From Caecitellus pseudoparvulus (Eukaryota > Protista > Bigyra: Bicosoecida): 64,000 nt of DNA. Within the stretch, counting starts at the first letter, position 1; each line of letters begins with the position of its first letter. The translations under genes and the position numbers were made by a program. Positions 36,159 to 53,831 of the stretch are shown here, piece by piece. The stretch is taken from positions 310,001 to 374,000 of the forward strand of contig CBFFRQ010000064.1 in NCBI GenBank assembly GCA_965644315.1, given 5' to 3'. Below the pieces are notes generated by a model. That model was given only the letters and a program-made list of their open reading frames with translations. It was not told the DNA's origin and did not search any database.

Positions 36159-38960
36159 TCACAAGCCCCCCGGTAGGCCTCGCACAGCGCCAGTGTGCAC
36201 CTGCTGTGCGGAACCAGCCGGAGTATACTGCACACGCACCTTGAGGGCCAAGGCCTTGGTGCCACGCTGGGGGTTGGAAATGACCATGCTTTGGGAAGCT
36301 GTGCCGCCTGGCGCCAGCGTGCCGCCTGCTGCAGGGCCCATCTTACAAGTCATGCCCCGCGGCACAGCCACCTGCAGCACCACACCCGTCATGGGGAGCT
36401 GGCTGGTGTTGTAGAAGGTGGCGTTGGCTTCCACCTCGGGCCCGCCCTTGGCTCCCAGCTCTGTGAAGGTGGCAGTCACCCGCAGGCCTGCTGCGGCGTC
36501 TTCCATGAGGGTCACTGGGCCATACGCTGCGGCCGCCTCTGCCTGCGGTGGCGCAGGGGGGGCTGCAGCGGGGGCCCTGCCAAACAAATCGTCCAGGCCC
36601 CCATCCATGACAGGCGGACTTGGTACAGTCGCTGGGGCTGGAGCAGGGGTGGCTGCAGTGGGCGTCGGCCCGAACAAGTCGTCCAGGTCCTCAGAGGCAG
36701 CAGGGGACGCCGTGGGCAGGCCAGGGCTAGGCGTCGCGACGCCACCTCCCCCCATGCCCAGCAGATCAAACAGGTCATCTTCGACGGTGGCTGCCGTCGG
36801 CTGCTCCGGCCCACCAGCAGCCGACGCCGCTGCCGCGGCAGCTGCGGCTGTCGCCTCCACGTCACCCTTAGAGGCTGCTGCTGTGTCCATGGTGGCCATG
36901 CCTGCAGTGCTGGAATCAAACACGATGCCAGATCGTGCCGCCAGCATGGCGCTGTCCAGTGCAGGAATGCGCGCCACCAGCGAAGTGTGCAGCGAGGCAG
37001 GCAGCAGGCTCGCGTCCGCGATGCAGCTGAACTCCACAGCGCGCTGCTGAAGCTCCGTGTTCAAGGAGCCCCGCAAGGCGTGCAGCGTCTCCCGCAGGAG
37101 GCCGGCCGCCTCCGCCTCTGTGAAGTGGGGGGTCAGCTTGAGGGCTGCTGACAGCACCATGCCCTTGGTGTCCACGTCAGCCATGTGGTGCTCCAGCAAC
37201 CCCTTCAGCAGGCCCGCCACCTCCACCTGGGTGTGGGCAGAGACGCCCCCTCCGATGAGGGCGTCTACCATGTCTGCACCACTGGTGAGTGCGTCTTCGG
37301 TGCTGGCTGGTGGCTCTGACAGCAGCATGCGCCCACACTCGCCGGCACACCACACGGTGGCCTGCAGCAGGCTCAAGCGCAAGTCTGGGGAGCGCAGGTC
37401 TGCCTGCGTCTTGGCGAAGAGGCGGTGGGCGATGCGAGCCTGCAGGTCTGCTTCTGCCACAGTCACCAGGTGGATGAACTGGGCGAAGATAGCCCGGTTT
37501 GCGACATCCCCCGCCAGGGCCAGCACTGCCACCAGGACGTTTGCCTGCCACTCCAGGCTGGGGGAGAAGCGCGACGCCGTCACGGCGATCTTGGAACACA
37601 GGTCCCCTCGGGACTCGGCGTCTGCGACGATGAGGTAGTTGAGCATCTCCCCCACCATGGTGGTCACGTTGTCCTTGTCAACCAGGGACACCACCAGGTC
37701 CAAGGCGCGGCGGCGGATAGACACGTCCGGGTCACGCAGGCACTCCACCACCGTCGGCGTGTGTTCCGCGACGTGCTCCCGCTCACGGTCCACCACCGTG
37801 TTCAGAGTCTGCAGGGCGACGTAGCGGATGTTGTTGTCCTTGTGCAGCAGGAAGCGGCCCAGGATGTTCACACTGAGCACGCGCAGGGAGGGGTCCCCCT
37901 CCACAGCCAGCATGGTGCGCACAGCTTCGTACAGAATGGCGTTGCCAGCATTGCGCGCGACGGGCGTCCCGGTCGCCACCGTGGCCAGGATGTCCGACAT
38001 GGCGTCAGAGGCCTCCTCGTTGCCCTGCCCCAGCTGCCGCAGCAGGCTCAAGATCTTGGCCTGCAGGAAGGGGTCCGTCACGCCCCCAATGGTGTATTCC
38101 CCAGCGAAGGATGCGCTGGCCAGCTTGCGCAGGATCTTGCACAGGGCTGGCACCAGCCGCGCGAATTTCTTCGAGTAAGACGGGCGGAGGTGCAGCAGGT
38201 GCCCGATGACGGTCACGCCCGTCAGTAGCACACTGTGGGAGCCGTCTGTGAGCAGCTGGATGATGCGTGGGACGAGGGAGGTGGCCAGGTCTGGCGCGCG
38301 GTGCAGAATGCGGATGGTGGCAAGGGCAGCCTTCTTGCGAATGTACGGGTTCTTGGACTTAAGGCAGCCCTCGACGCCAGGAACGAGGTCGCGGCACATG
38401 TCTTCCGAGCCGATGTTGCCCAGGGACGACAGCGCCAGGCCGGCGATGAGGGGGTCTTGGGACCTCAGATCCCTACGAAGGGGGGGGTGCTTGGGCTCGT
38501 GCTGCCGGGGCCCACCGCACGCAGTGGCGAGTCAGGGCGGCTCACCTGTCGATGGAGTTGGTGACTAGAGTGAGGACTTCCTGCCGCTCGTCCAGCAAGA
38601 GCATCAGAGCCTGCAGTGTGGGGGCGTGCCGCGTAAAGCCAAGCTCTCGCAGAGCACAGCACACCAGTGCCTTGCGATGCACTGCACCGGCCCAGGCACA
38701 CGCACCAGGTACCCAATGCGTTTCTCTGCATAGCTGCGGGCTGCAATCAACTTCACGCATTCCATCTGCCCAAAGTGCGTGGGGTACCCCAGCATGTGCA
38801 CGTAAAGCAGCTTGGCCACGTTGCGATGGCGGTATCGGCTCCTTTCATCCTTGATGGCTGTGCGGATGAGCGCCAACTCCTTCTGGATGGCCCCTCGCTC
38901 ATCGGCAGCAGTCTTGGTTGCCCGCACATTCCGGATCAACTCTCGGAGCGGGATAGTCAT
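36159..38960 (-). CDS. AP1G1: AP-1 complex gamma subunit (gamma-adaptin)
   Basis: [54 protein letters not shown]-terminal ear LQVAVPR. Confidence 0.97.
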
Positions 38961-39279
38961 GCTGCCTGGTGGTGGCAGCTGCGAAGGCCGGCGTGGCAGG
39001 AGCAGTCCAACTTCCGCTATCAGGAGGCCGCCTTGGCGAAGCGTGGAATCACAGACGAAGAGCGCAGCCCATGAGGCCTGCAAGGCAATGATGGCGGCAT
39101 GGTTTGGGGTTCCCTGCCAGGTGTATGCGTGCCCTTTGTTTCGCTAGCCTTGAAACCCCCCCCCTGCGCGGCGCTGTCGCCATGTGGAGCGCGGCGCTCA
39201 ACACAGGCTTCGCACCAAACCCCTGATGGCCCACCCACCTGGCACGCAAGTGTGCCTTGTTTCCACCGGCCCTTGAACG

Positions 39280-41853
39280 ATGAGCTCATCGCCCACTCCT
39301 GCCGCCCGTGCGGCGGCAGACAGCCCTGCCTCCGCTGTGCAGTTGGACTTGCACGGCGACGGGCAGCTTCCTGGCGAGTTGGAGCGGGAGGCAGCGGCCG
39401 CTGACGTGGCAGCACTGGGCGCTGCCGACATGGACTCAGACGACGATGAGGCCGCAGCTGCTGCACTGCGGGCCAAGTATGGCCTGGGCGGGGCCCCCAA
39501 GCAGGAAGGCGCGGCGCTAGGCAGCGGCAAGTCCAGCGGCAGTGCAGCCCACGAAGCGGAGCAAGCCTCGCCAGCTGGGCCCGCGCCGGGTGGCTTCTCG
39601 TGGGACGACCCTGCCGCAGTCCAGCGCCTGACCCAGGACAACGCAGAGCTGAAGGCTCGCATCAAGGAGCAAGCCCGCAGCATCGCCAGCCTGGAGGAGG
39701 CGCTGCTTGCAGTGACCCCAGCGCCAGGTCTCGAGCCAGGTGAGAAACTGCCTCGCAGCCCAAGCGAGCTATGCGCGTATGGCACGGCTCAGTGCTTGAT
39801 TTATGTGGTGAAGAGAACTGCTGTTGTCGTGACCTGCCCTTGTCTGCGCTTGCCTGGCCGTCCCACTGCACTGTGCAAGTGCCAACGGCTGCCACACTAT
39901 GCGGGTGTTGCTGCGCCCGGTCGCGCTGCGGCAGCAACCACTGCAGCAAGCGCGCACAGAGCTGCCCGCACCCTGTTCCCAGACAAGTTTCTCGGAGGAG
40001 GGGATGAGTCCAAGGAAGCTGATGGAGTGGATGTTGACCCCCGAGACGTCAAGATCAAGGAGCTCGCGAAGCGCACGCGGAAATTGAACCTCACCTTGCA
40101 GAAGGAGAAAGACGCCAAGGCCAGAGCAGAGGCCGACGTCCAGCGCTTGGTGGCAGAGTTGGAAGAAGCAACCAAGGCTCGATCAGCAGCGAGCTCTGCA
40201 GGCCCTACCCGCTCGCCAGGCAAGACCTCTGCGAAGGTTCGTGCTCTTCAGGAGCGCCTCGTGGCCGCTCACAGCCAGCTGGAGGCCAACAAGGCATCCC
40301 TTGCCCTGGCCCACAAGGCACTAGCCGCCGAGGTGGGGCCAGATGTCCCTGTGGCAGACGTTCTGGAGGCTGTCAGTCAAGGCGCCTCTGCTGCCGCGGC
40401 AGGCACCACTGGCCTCGCAGGCGGCAGCAAGCACACCGCCTCTGGCGCAGCCGGCAAAGGCTGGCGAGGCAGGTCCCAGCGCATTCTCCTGCTGAAGAAC
40501 AAGGTGAAGAAGCTGCAGAGCGCATTGGAAGCTGCCCGCAAGGAAGGCCCCACGGCGGACGCCGGCTCGGAGGATGGGCAGGACACGCCGGCCGAGGCAA
40601 GCGAGGGGGCGGCCCACGCCAAGTCGCGCCGCAGCCGCACCCTGGAGTTCCTGGCCTCCGAGAACGAGGAGCTGCGGCAGGAGCTGGAGGCGGTGCAGAA
40701 ACGCGCCGAGGCGGCACGGGCGCGACTTCGGGTCGTGGACATGGAGCGCAAGAAGGCCACCGCCAACATCACCACGCTGCTGTCCAAAACGGACAATGAC
40801 GACAAGCTCATCTCAGCCTTGCGCAGCGAAGTGGGGCACTTGGAACGCAAGGTGGCAGAAGCACAGCGGGCGGCAGCTGACGGCAGGTCGGGCGGCTCCA
40901 CCCTGCACCTGGGCTCCCAGCCCTCCTTCGCCGCTGCCACGACTGTGGCTGGCCCGCCCTCCCCAGGCACTGACGCCGGCCAGCACGCCCACGCCGAAGC
41001 CCAGCGCCTGAGCGCCATTGCCCGAGACCAGGGCCGGCGCCTAGAGACGCAAGACCGAGTCATCGCCACGCTGCAGGCAGAGGTGGCGGCACTGCGCAAC
41101 GCCCAGCAGCAGGCAGGGGGGGGGGCAGCGCCTGCACCGACACCGGCGCCTGGTGGCATGGTGGGTGCCTCACGCCCCTCCAGCTCCGACATCCGGCATG
41201 TGCGGGGCATGGAGGTCGCATCTGCCGAGGCTGTGGCGCGCAGCCGCCTCCTGACCATGCAGGTGTCACAGCTGCAGGAGTCACTCAAGGCTGTCTCACA
41301 CAGAGCTACACAGGCGGAAGGGACCCTGCAGTCGTACATGGCCAGGTCTGCACAGCTGGAAGCCCGCTGCCGAGAGCTGGAGGGCGCCGGCGCACAAGTG
41401 GGGTCTCCGTCCGATCCGCCTGCCCTGCAGGCCGCCCTGGCAACGCTGCAAAACCAAGCTCAAGCCACTCACATGCACCACGCGTCAGCCATCGCTGCGC
41501 GGGACGCAGAAGCAGCCCAGCTGCGCCAGGCCTTGGCCGCTGTGTCGTCTGCCTGGGACACCTTCGCCAGGGATTTGCGAGAGAAGGCGGCTGCGGCAGG
41601 GGTGGCGCTCCCTCCACCTCAGCTGGCCGCACCAGCAGTGGCAGCCGGCACGAGCCAGGGCGCGCCCCCCCCGCCAGGTGGCCAGCTGCAGCCCCTGCCT
41701 ATGGGACCTACAGGACACGCACCCCCCAGACAGCAGGCACGCCCCGAGCCAGGTGCTGCGGAGCAGCCCAAGGCAGAGAGGCGAGTGCGCAGCAACCCGA
41801 GGGTATCTCCAGTTGCGCAGGCAGGTGGAGGAGCGCGGCACTCGAGGAGATAG
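39280..41853 (+). CDS. CCDC13-like coiled-coil (centriolar satellite/cilium) protein; probable in-frame intron 39740-39982
   Basis: KIKELAKRTRKLNL, GWRGRSQRILLLKNKVK and LLSKTDNDDKLISAL resemble conserved CCDC13 blocks. Confidence 0.75.
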   Translation: MSSSPTPAARAAADSPASAVQLDLHGDGQLPGELEREAAAADVAALGAADMDSDDDEAAAAALRAKYGLGGAPKQEGAALGSGKSSGSAAHEAEQASPAGPAPGGFSWDDPAAVQRLTQDNAELKARIKEQARSIASLEEALLAVTPAPGLEPGEKLPRSPSELCAYGTAQCLIYVVKRTAVVVTCPCLRLPGRPTALCKCQRLPHYAGVAAPGRAAAATTAASAHRAARTLFPDKFLGGGDESKEADGVDVDPRDVKIKELAKRTRKLNLTLQKEKDAKARAEADVQRLVAELEEATKARSAASSAGPTRSPGKTSAKVRALQERLVAAHSQLEANKASLALAHKALAAEVGPDVPVADVLEAVSQGASAAAAGTTGLAGGSKHTASGAAGKGWRGRSQRILLLKNKVKKLQSALEAARKEGPTADAGSEDGQDTPAEASEGAAHAKSRRSRTLEFLASENEELRQELEAVQKRAEAARARLRVVDMERKKATANITTLLSKTDNDDKLISALRSEVGHLERKVAEAQRAAADGRSGGSTLHLGSQPSFAAATTVAGPPSPGTDAGQHAHAEAQRLSAIARDQGRRLETQDRVIATLQAEVAALRNAQQQAGGGAAPAPTPAPGGMVGASRPSSSDIRHVRGMEVASAEAVARSRLLTMQVSQLQESLKAVSHRATQAEGTLQSYMARSAQLEARCRELEGAGAQVGSPSDPPALQAALATLQNQAQATHMHHASAIAARDAEAAQLRQALAAVSSAWDTFARDLREKAAAAGVALPPPQLAAPAVAAGTSQGAPPPPGGQLQPLPMGPTGHAPPRQQARPEPGAAEQPKAERRVRSNPRVSPVAQAGGGARHSRR

Positions 41854-41902
41854 CCACGCAGCCATGGGAAACCCTGTCACTCAAACAAGCACTGCATTCA
41901 AT

Positions 41903-43872
41903 TCACTCCGTGCCTTTTGATCGCTTGGCACGCTCCTCTTCTGTCGGGGCACCACCCTGGCGTTGCCGCTTGCTGCCCCTTGGAGGCGCAGACCCCACCT
42001 GCGTCGCACCGATGCCAGAAATGGCGGTTGGCAGCTCGCCTTGCCCTTTGTTTGCTTTGTATGCAGCCCCATGTCGTGCCATGTTCCGCTTTGACACCTC
42101 CTCGTGGACAACGATTCGCTCTGGGTAGTTCTCACCAACCACCACACCGTGCTGCTCTTGCACGGCGCGTGGAGCCTTCCATGGCTCGAAGATGTACTTC
42201 TTGGGAAACGTGCGGAAGGCAGGCAGCCACTTCCGAATGAAATCCCCGTTGGGATCAGTCTTCTTGGGGAAGGCAACAGGGCTGTACACTCGAAAGTACT
42301 GGTGAAAGTAGGCGGAAGCGGACAGCCACAGCCAGTTGCCGTTGTTCAGTGCCCAGTCTGAGTCAATCAGGTACTTATCAAATATGGCTGCCCCCACTTC
42401 CCAGCTCTGGTACAGGTCTCCCCGTGTCAAGAAGCAGGCCACCGCATGCCGTGCAAGGTGGTGCAGCCACCCAGTCTCCACCAGTTGCCGCATGCATGCA
42501 TCGATCCAAGGGTACCCGGTGCGGCCTTGTTCCCACGCAGCGACGAGGTCAGGGTCATGGTCCCACGGAATCTGCTTGCTAACGCTGGAACCAACCATCA
42601 CATCGTAGTTCTTCGCTTTGAACGCTTCAAAGTAGTAGAACTCCCGCCACAGCAGCTGCCCTTCCAACGACGTCGGAGGGGCCCCATGTTTCGGGTGCTC
42701 AGCATACGCTGCCTTCAACACCTGCATCATGTCTCGCACAGAAACACAGCCGAACTTCAAGTACGGGGACATGACCGTCGTCGAAGGCTCCAAACTGGTC
42801 GGGGCTGTGTTGGGCTTCGCGAAGTCAGCAATCCACTTGGTGCGTTTGCCCCACGAAGCCATGCGCTCCAGGCCTGCCGACTCGCCGCCCGGGAACAGGG
42901 GTGGGGAGCTCGGCACCTCGTACCCGAGCGACTCAAGGCTAGGAACGCCATAATCTTCCTTCCCTGCAGCGTCATCCTCGTGAGGCAGGGCTGCACCATG
43001 CAGGCCGGGCGCAAGATCTCCTTTCTTCCTGCGGGGGGCGGGACACAGGCACCGTGCTTGATGCGTTGGAGGAGGATCGCGCCAGCACAGGGCACGCACA
43101 GGGGGGGGAAGTCCCCTGCTTTCGGTGCTGGCACCACTGGTTGGAACTTCCCGCACTGGCGTACAAGCTTGATGAATGGAGCGTATGAGTTGGGCGGACT
43201 GGAGCCAGCCACAGACAGCAAGTGCTCCATGTCGTGGAGTGTGTGACCGCTGAAAACATCAACATGCACACCCGCTTTTCCAGCTGCACTCGTGACTTGG
43301 GCGTCCCGTTCTTGGGCGTACGGCTCAGTGTCTGCTTCCCAAGTCTGCACGCGATGAAGGAGGCGAGCATGACGTCACTTTGCCGCAGGCGACGCTGATG
43401 CATCCGTCTCGGCTCGAGCATGGACACACCATGTGCGAGATACCCCACTCCTTCCAGAGTCTTGGGAGCACCTCAATCGGCTTGCCCCGCACGACGATCA
43501 ACCCTGAGTCCAATCGCTTCAGACTTTCATCCAAATCCTGCGAACGACGTGGGCGTACCAATTTCCGCAGACCGAGCAAGGGCAATGACAACTGCCCGCA
43601 CCCGCAAAGACTCGAGGAGGAAGCGAAAACGCTGCACTCCCACTCGTTCTGGATTTGCGAACCAAGGATCCAGAATGAAGACTGGGGAACACCAATGCGA
43701 GGAACGTGCCAGAGCAAGTACGTCAGCGCTGGCCCAGCTGCACCTCACTTGGATACAACGCAGTGGCCCCTCGGGCAACTTCAACCAGTCCGCGGTTGTC
43801 CTTCAAGCGGAGTCCTTTTCGAAACCAGTGCATGCCGACCTTGGCTCCTCCCGCTGCCGCTGCAGCGGCCAT
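41903..43872 (-). CDS. (6-4) photolyase / animal-like cryptochrome
   Basis: HWFRKGLRL.DN, TTVMSPYLKFGCVS, QLLWREFY, GWLHHLARHAVACFLTRGDL, DWALNNGNWLWLS; multi-exon. Confidence 0.95.
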
Positions 43873-43990
43873 GGTGAGATTGCTGTAGCGGCGAGGGGAA
43901 AAAATGCGGGGTTCAACCAGCCAAGCACAGAGCAAGATAGAGAGGGTCAGAGGAAATATGGGCAAACTTCATGGAGCGACTGCGTTGTTT

Positions 43991-44022
43991 TGCCAAATTA
44001 TTGGCAGATTACTATGACGTCA
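43991..44022. promoter_or_regulatory. Candidate elements in the cryptochrome/XAP5 bidirectional promoter: TGCCAA-N4-TTGGCA inverted repeat and CRE palindrome TGACGTCA
   Basis: Both motifs read directly from the AT-richer intergenic region; function inferred. Confidence 0.35.
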
Positions 44023-44263
44023 CCTTTGCATAGCCGCGGGCAGCAGAGACAGTAGTCTGAGGAATGTGGACCTCACATTGTTGGCGGCGGATGCTAATTT
44101 TGAGGCTGTACAAGTCATTTCGAAGAGTAAAGCAAAACAAAGGGTGGCCTCGAATCCCACACAATGCACTGAACGTCTGGGTCTCGCTTCGCACTGCTAA
44201 AGGTCTACCCTGCACTCAGCGTGTGCCGTCTACGCCAGCACCTCAGGTCTCCACTTGAGCAGG

Positions 44264-45441
44264 ATGGCATCCTCCTCCAGCGGGCCACAAGTGCCTCAGA
44301 AACCAAACCAGCCTGTGGGTTCCAAGACAGGCATTTACAGCAGTGAAGGACACAAGGCTGGAAGTCGTGCTGCTTCGCTTGTGAAGCAACGTCAAGCCCA
44401 GAGGGCTGAATACGAAGCCACAGTCGCTGCCATAGTGTCCCGTTCAAGTTCCGCACACCAGACTTTGACCTCTGCAACGAAGGCAGCCAAGCCCAAGGTA
44501 GGGACACTGCATGCGCGACACGAAATGGAAGCAACATGTTCGTCTTTCTCTGCGCAGATCATCGAGGGAGGCCTCATTGTCGGAACGAGCACGGCTCCCG
44601 CAGCGGCAGGCGGTGCCTCTGGATCATCAAGCACGTGCGTGTGACAGCCTTCGACCCTGGGTCGCGCCAGCACGGCACGCCATGCACTTCCCATGGTCAC
44701 AGGAAGGCGTCTTCTGACCAAAAGGGCTCCCGTGACCGCTCAAAACGCCGGCGCGCAAGGCAGCCACTCTCTTTCTCCATGGACGACGAGACAGAGGAAG
44801 GAATGGAGGCCACCGTTGGGATGGCCGCAGCAGCAGAGGCAGGCTTTTCCAAGAAACCACGCCTGGGAAAGGACCCCACGACAGACACATCTTTTTTGCC
44901 TGATGCAGATCGAGCTGCGGAGGAGGCAGGGTTGCGTGAACGGTTGAAGCAAGAGTGGCGAGAGGAGCAAGCCCGACTGAAACAGGAAGACCTGCGAGTC
45001 ACATACTCATACTACGATGGAAGTGGTCACCGGCGAGACATCACCGTCACAAAAGGCACTACGATTGCGAAGTTTCTGGAAGCAGTTCGCCAGGACTTGG
45101 CAAAGTCCTTTCCCGAGATGAAACGAATATCCCCCGACACACTGCTTTACGTCAAGGAGGACCTCATCATCCCGCACAACCTGACTTTTTACGACCTCAT
45201 TGCGACGAAAGCCAGGGGCAAGAGCGGGCCCCTGTTTGAGTTCAGCGTCAAAGACGACGTCCGGCTCAACGTGGACCACCGAGTGGAGGTGACCGAATCA
45301 CACCCGGGGAAAATCGTCGAGCGCCGGTGGTTTGACGCCAACAAGCACGTTTTCCCCATGTCCAGATGGGAAGTTTACGATCCGACCGTCGCCCACGAGA
45401 AGTACACAACGCACGGAGGCGAGGTTCGGTCCAAGCCGTGA
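44264..45441 (+). CDS. XAP5: FAM50/XAP5 family protein
   Basis: LSF, GKDPTTDTSFLPD, TYSYYDGSGHRR, YVKEDLIIPH, KARGKSGPLF, SHPGKIVERRWF. Confidence 0.95.
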
Positions 45442-45558
45442 GCAAGTGTGTCAATCGAATGCCAACAACGTTCGCGCCCGAATCCAAATCTCATCCATTC
45501 TAGAACATCATCCTGACGTCGGAACAGTTTCAAGTCGTCCCCACCTCTTACTCCCACC

Positions 45559-46514
45559 ATGGCAGCCATTGTCGTCGACACTGAGGAGGATGACGTGCAG
45601 CTGGCGTCCGTCGCCCCCGACACCATTTCGGCTGCGGCGGCTGCAGCTTCCACTTCTGCCGTAGGCGCAGTGGCTTCTGGAGGGGCTGAAGCCACTGGGG
45701 CAATCCAAGTTGAAGAACCTGAGTATGCTGCCATGGATGCTACGCTGGAAGGCGTGAGTGCTGGGCATTGAAGGGAAGCATCTCTGTTCTGCAGGCTGTT
45801 GAGGAACGCAACGCTCTCGGCCTCGCAGGTTGTGACGGAGGAAGTGCGCAGCATCAGGGTGCCTCAGAACAGATACACACCCCTGAGAGACTCATGGGAG
45901 TCTCTCGTCACTCCTTTGGTGCAGCACATGAAGCTGCAGGTTCGATTCAACCCAACCCAGCGGTGTGTGGAGCTGAAGGTGAGCACGGCTGAAACTCCGA
46001 GGAAACGCACCTTTCCACACTCAGCACACCGCGAATTTGCAGAGTTCTGAGTTCACAACTGAGAAGAGTGCCCTGCAGAAAGGCGAAGATTTCATCCGCG
46101 CCTTCTTGTTGGGCTTCGAGGTGGAGGATGCGATCGCACTCTTGAGGATGGATGACCTCTACATTGGTGAGTTCCCCTCACAAGCCTCGCCCGCAATCAG
46201 CGTGGGTGCACCCGTCACACGCTGCGACAAACCCAGAATCGTTTGAAGTGCATGATGTGAAGATGCTGAAAGGAGAGCACCTCTCCCGCGCGATCGGCCG
46301 GATCGCGGGGCACGAAGGCAAGACTAAATTTGCCGTGGAAAACGCGACGCGAACACGCATTGTCGTGGCGGACTCGAAGATCCACATTCTTGGAGCCTTC
46401 ACCAACATTCAGGTTGCACGTGACGCTGTGTGTTCCCTCATCTTGGGCACCCCACCTGGCAAAGTGTACAACCACATGCGACAGGTGTCTGCCCGCATGG
46501 CTCAGCGGTACTAA
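45559..46514 (+). CDS. PNO1: Pre-rRNA-processing KH protein PNO1/DIM2 (multi-exon)
   Basis: [55 protein letters not shown]. Confidence 0.95.
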
Positions 46515-46710
46515 ACGGACCCACAATGCAATGTTGCTGCGACAACATCCTCTCCAAACAACGAACCTGAGGAGATGTCTATAAATTGAACTGTACAGTA
46601 GCTAGCCCGAAAAGTAGCGTCTTCAGAGAGAGGACACGCGGTCGCGAAAAGCAAACCACACAAGTACAAGAAGCTCGTGCATTTAGCCTCAAAAAGAAAA
46701 AGGCTTTCAA

Positions 46711-47564
<854 letters not shown>

Positions 47565-47975
47565 CCTCGATGTCTGTCTCGTAGCTCTGTGCACCGTGCA
47601 GGGGGGAGAGGTACGTGCTACAGTTGCTCCTTCCACGCTCCACCACGCCAACGCCAGTGACTTGGCTCGTTCTCACCTGTCGCGTGTACTGTGGCGACTT
47701 GCGCAGTGTCAAGTGTGTTGGGCGAATGCCGTGTGCTCAGGAGTGTGTACAGTGTGTGCTAGCTGTGGGTGTGCTGTGTGAGTTTGAGTTGTGCTGTGGT
47801 GGGTGCGTTGGTCGTGGCAACGCGAGGGGGGGTTGTGGGGGGTGGAATGGAAGGGGGGGCTGGATGCGGGTCAGCGGCGGCGGATGTGCAGGGTAGTGAG
47901 GCCATGTGCAGCTGCAGGCAGCATGAGTGATGTGTCAGTGTGCATTCATGGGTGTGCACAGGGATGGGGAGCCAG

Positions 47976-48829
<854 letters not shown>

Positions 48830-49239
48830 CCTCGATGTCTGTCTCGTAGCTCTGTGCACCGTGCAGGGGGGAGAGGTACGTGCTACAGTTGCTCCTTCCA
48901 CGCTCCACCACGCCAACGCCAGTGACTTGGCTCGTTCTCACCTGTCGCGTGTACTGTGGCGACTTGCGCAGTGTCAAGTGTGTTGGGCGAATGCCGTGTG
49001 CTCAGGAGTGTGTACAGTGTGTGCTAGCTGTGGGTGTGCTGTGTGAGTTTGAGTTGTGCTGTGGTGGGTGCGTTGGTCGTGGCAACGCGAGGGGGGGTGA
49101 GGGGGGTGGAATGGAAGGGGGGGCTGGATGCGGGTCAGCGGCGGCGGATGTGCAGGGTAGTGAGGCCATGTGCAGCTGCAGGCAGCATGAGTGATGTGTC
49201 AGTGTGCATTCATGGGTGTGCACAGGGATGGGGAGCCAG

Positions 49240-50549
<1,310 letters not shown>

Positions 50550-50959
50550 CCTCGATGTCTGTCTCGTAGCTCTGTGCACCGTGCAGGGGGGAGAGGTACG
50601 TGCTACAGTTGCTCCTTCCACGCTCCACCACGCCAACGCCAGTGACTTGGCTCGTTCTCACCTGTCGCGTGTACTGTGGCGACTTGCGCAGTGTCAAGTG
50701 TGTTGGGCGAATGCCGTGTGCTCAGGAGTGTGTACAGTGTGTGCTAGCTGTGGGTGTGCTGTGTGAGTTTGAGTTGTGCTGTGGTGGGTGCGTTGGTCGT
50801 GGCAACGCGAGGGGGGGGGGGGGGGGTGGAATGGAAGGGGGGGCTGGATGCGGGTCAGCGGCGGCGGATGTGCAGGGTAGTGAGGCCATGTGCAGCTGCA
50901 GGCAGCATGAGTGATGTGTCAGTGTGCATTCATGGGTGTGCACAGGGATGGGGAGACAG

Positions 50960-52497
<1,538 letters not shown>

Positions 52498-52916
52498 CCT
52501 CGATGTCTGTCTCGTAGCTCTGTGCACCGTGCAGGGGGGAGAGGTACGTGCTACAGTTGCTCCTTCCACGCTCCACCACGCCAACGCCAGTGACTTGGCT
52601 CGTTCTCACCTGTCGCGTGTACTGTGGCGACTTGCGCAGTGTCAAGTGTGTTGGGCGAATGCCGTGTGCTCAGGAGTGTGTACAGTGTGTGCTAGCTGTG
52701 GGTGTGCTGTGTGAGTTTGAGTTGTGCTGTGGTGGGTGCGTTGGTCGTGGCAACGCGAGGGGGGGTGAGGGGGGTGGAATGGAAGGGGGGGCTGGATGCG
52801 GGCCAGCGGCGGCGGATGTGCAGGGTAGTGAGGCCATGTGCAGCTGCAGGCAGCATGAATGGTGTGTCAGTGTGAATTAGTAGGTTTCCAGGCAGATAGG
52901 CTTCTTGAGCTTGCTG

Positions 52917-53831
<915 letters not shown>

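Noticed and set aside
39740-39982. Stop-free, in-frame introns (also ~888-956 and 54413-54478) as a sign of regulated intron retention
   Set aside because: Other introns checked (85, 68, 265, 164 nt) are not multiples of 3, and high GC makes stop-free introns expected
43370-43377. Second TGACGTCA inside a cryptochrome intron
   Set aside because: Lies about 25-30 nt from the 3' splice site, so it is more simply explained as branch-point sequence or chance
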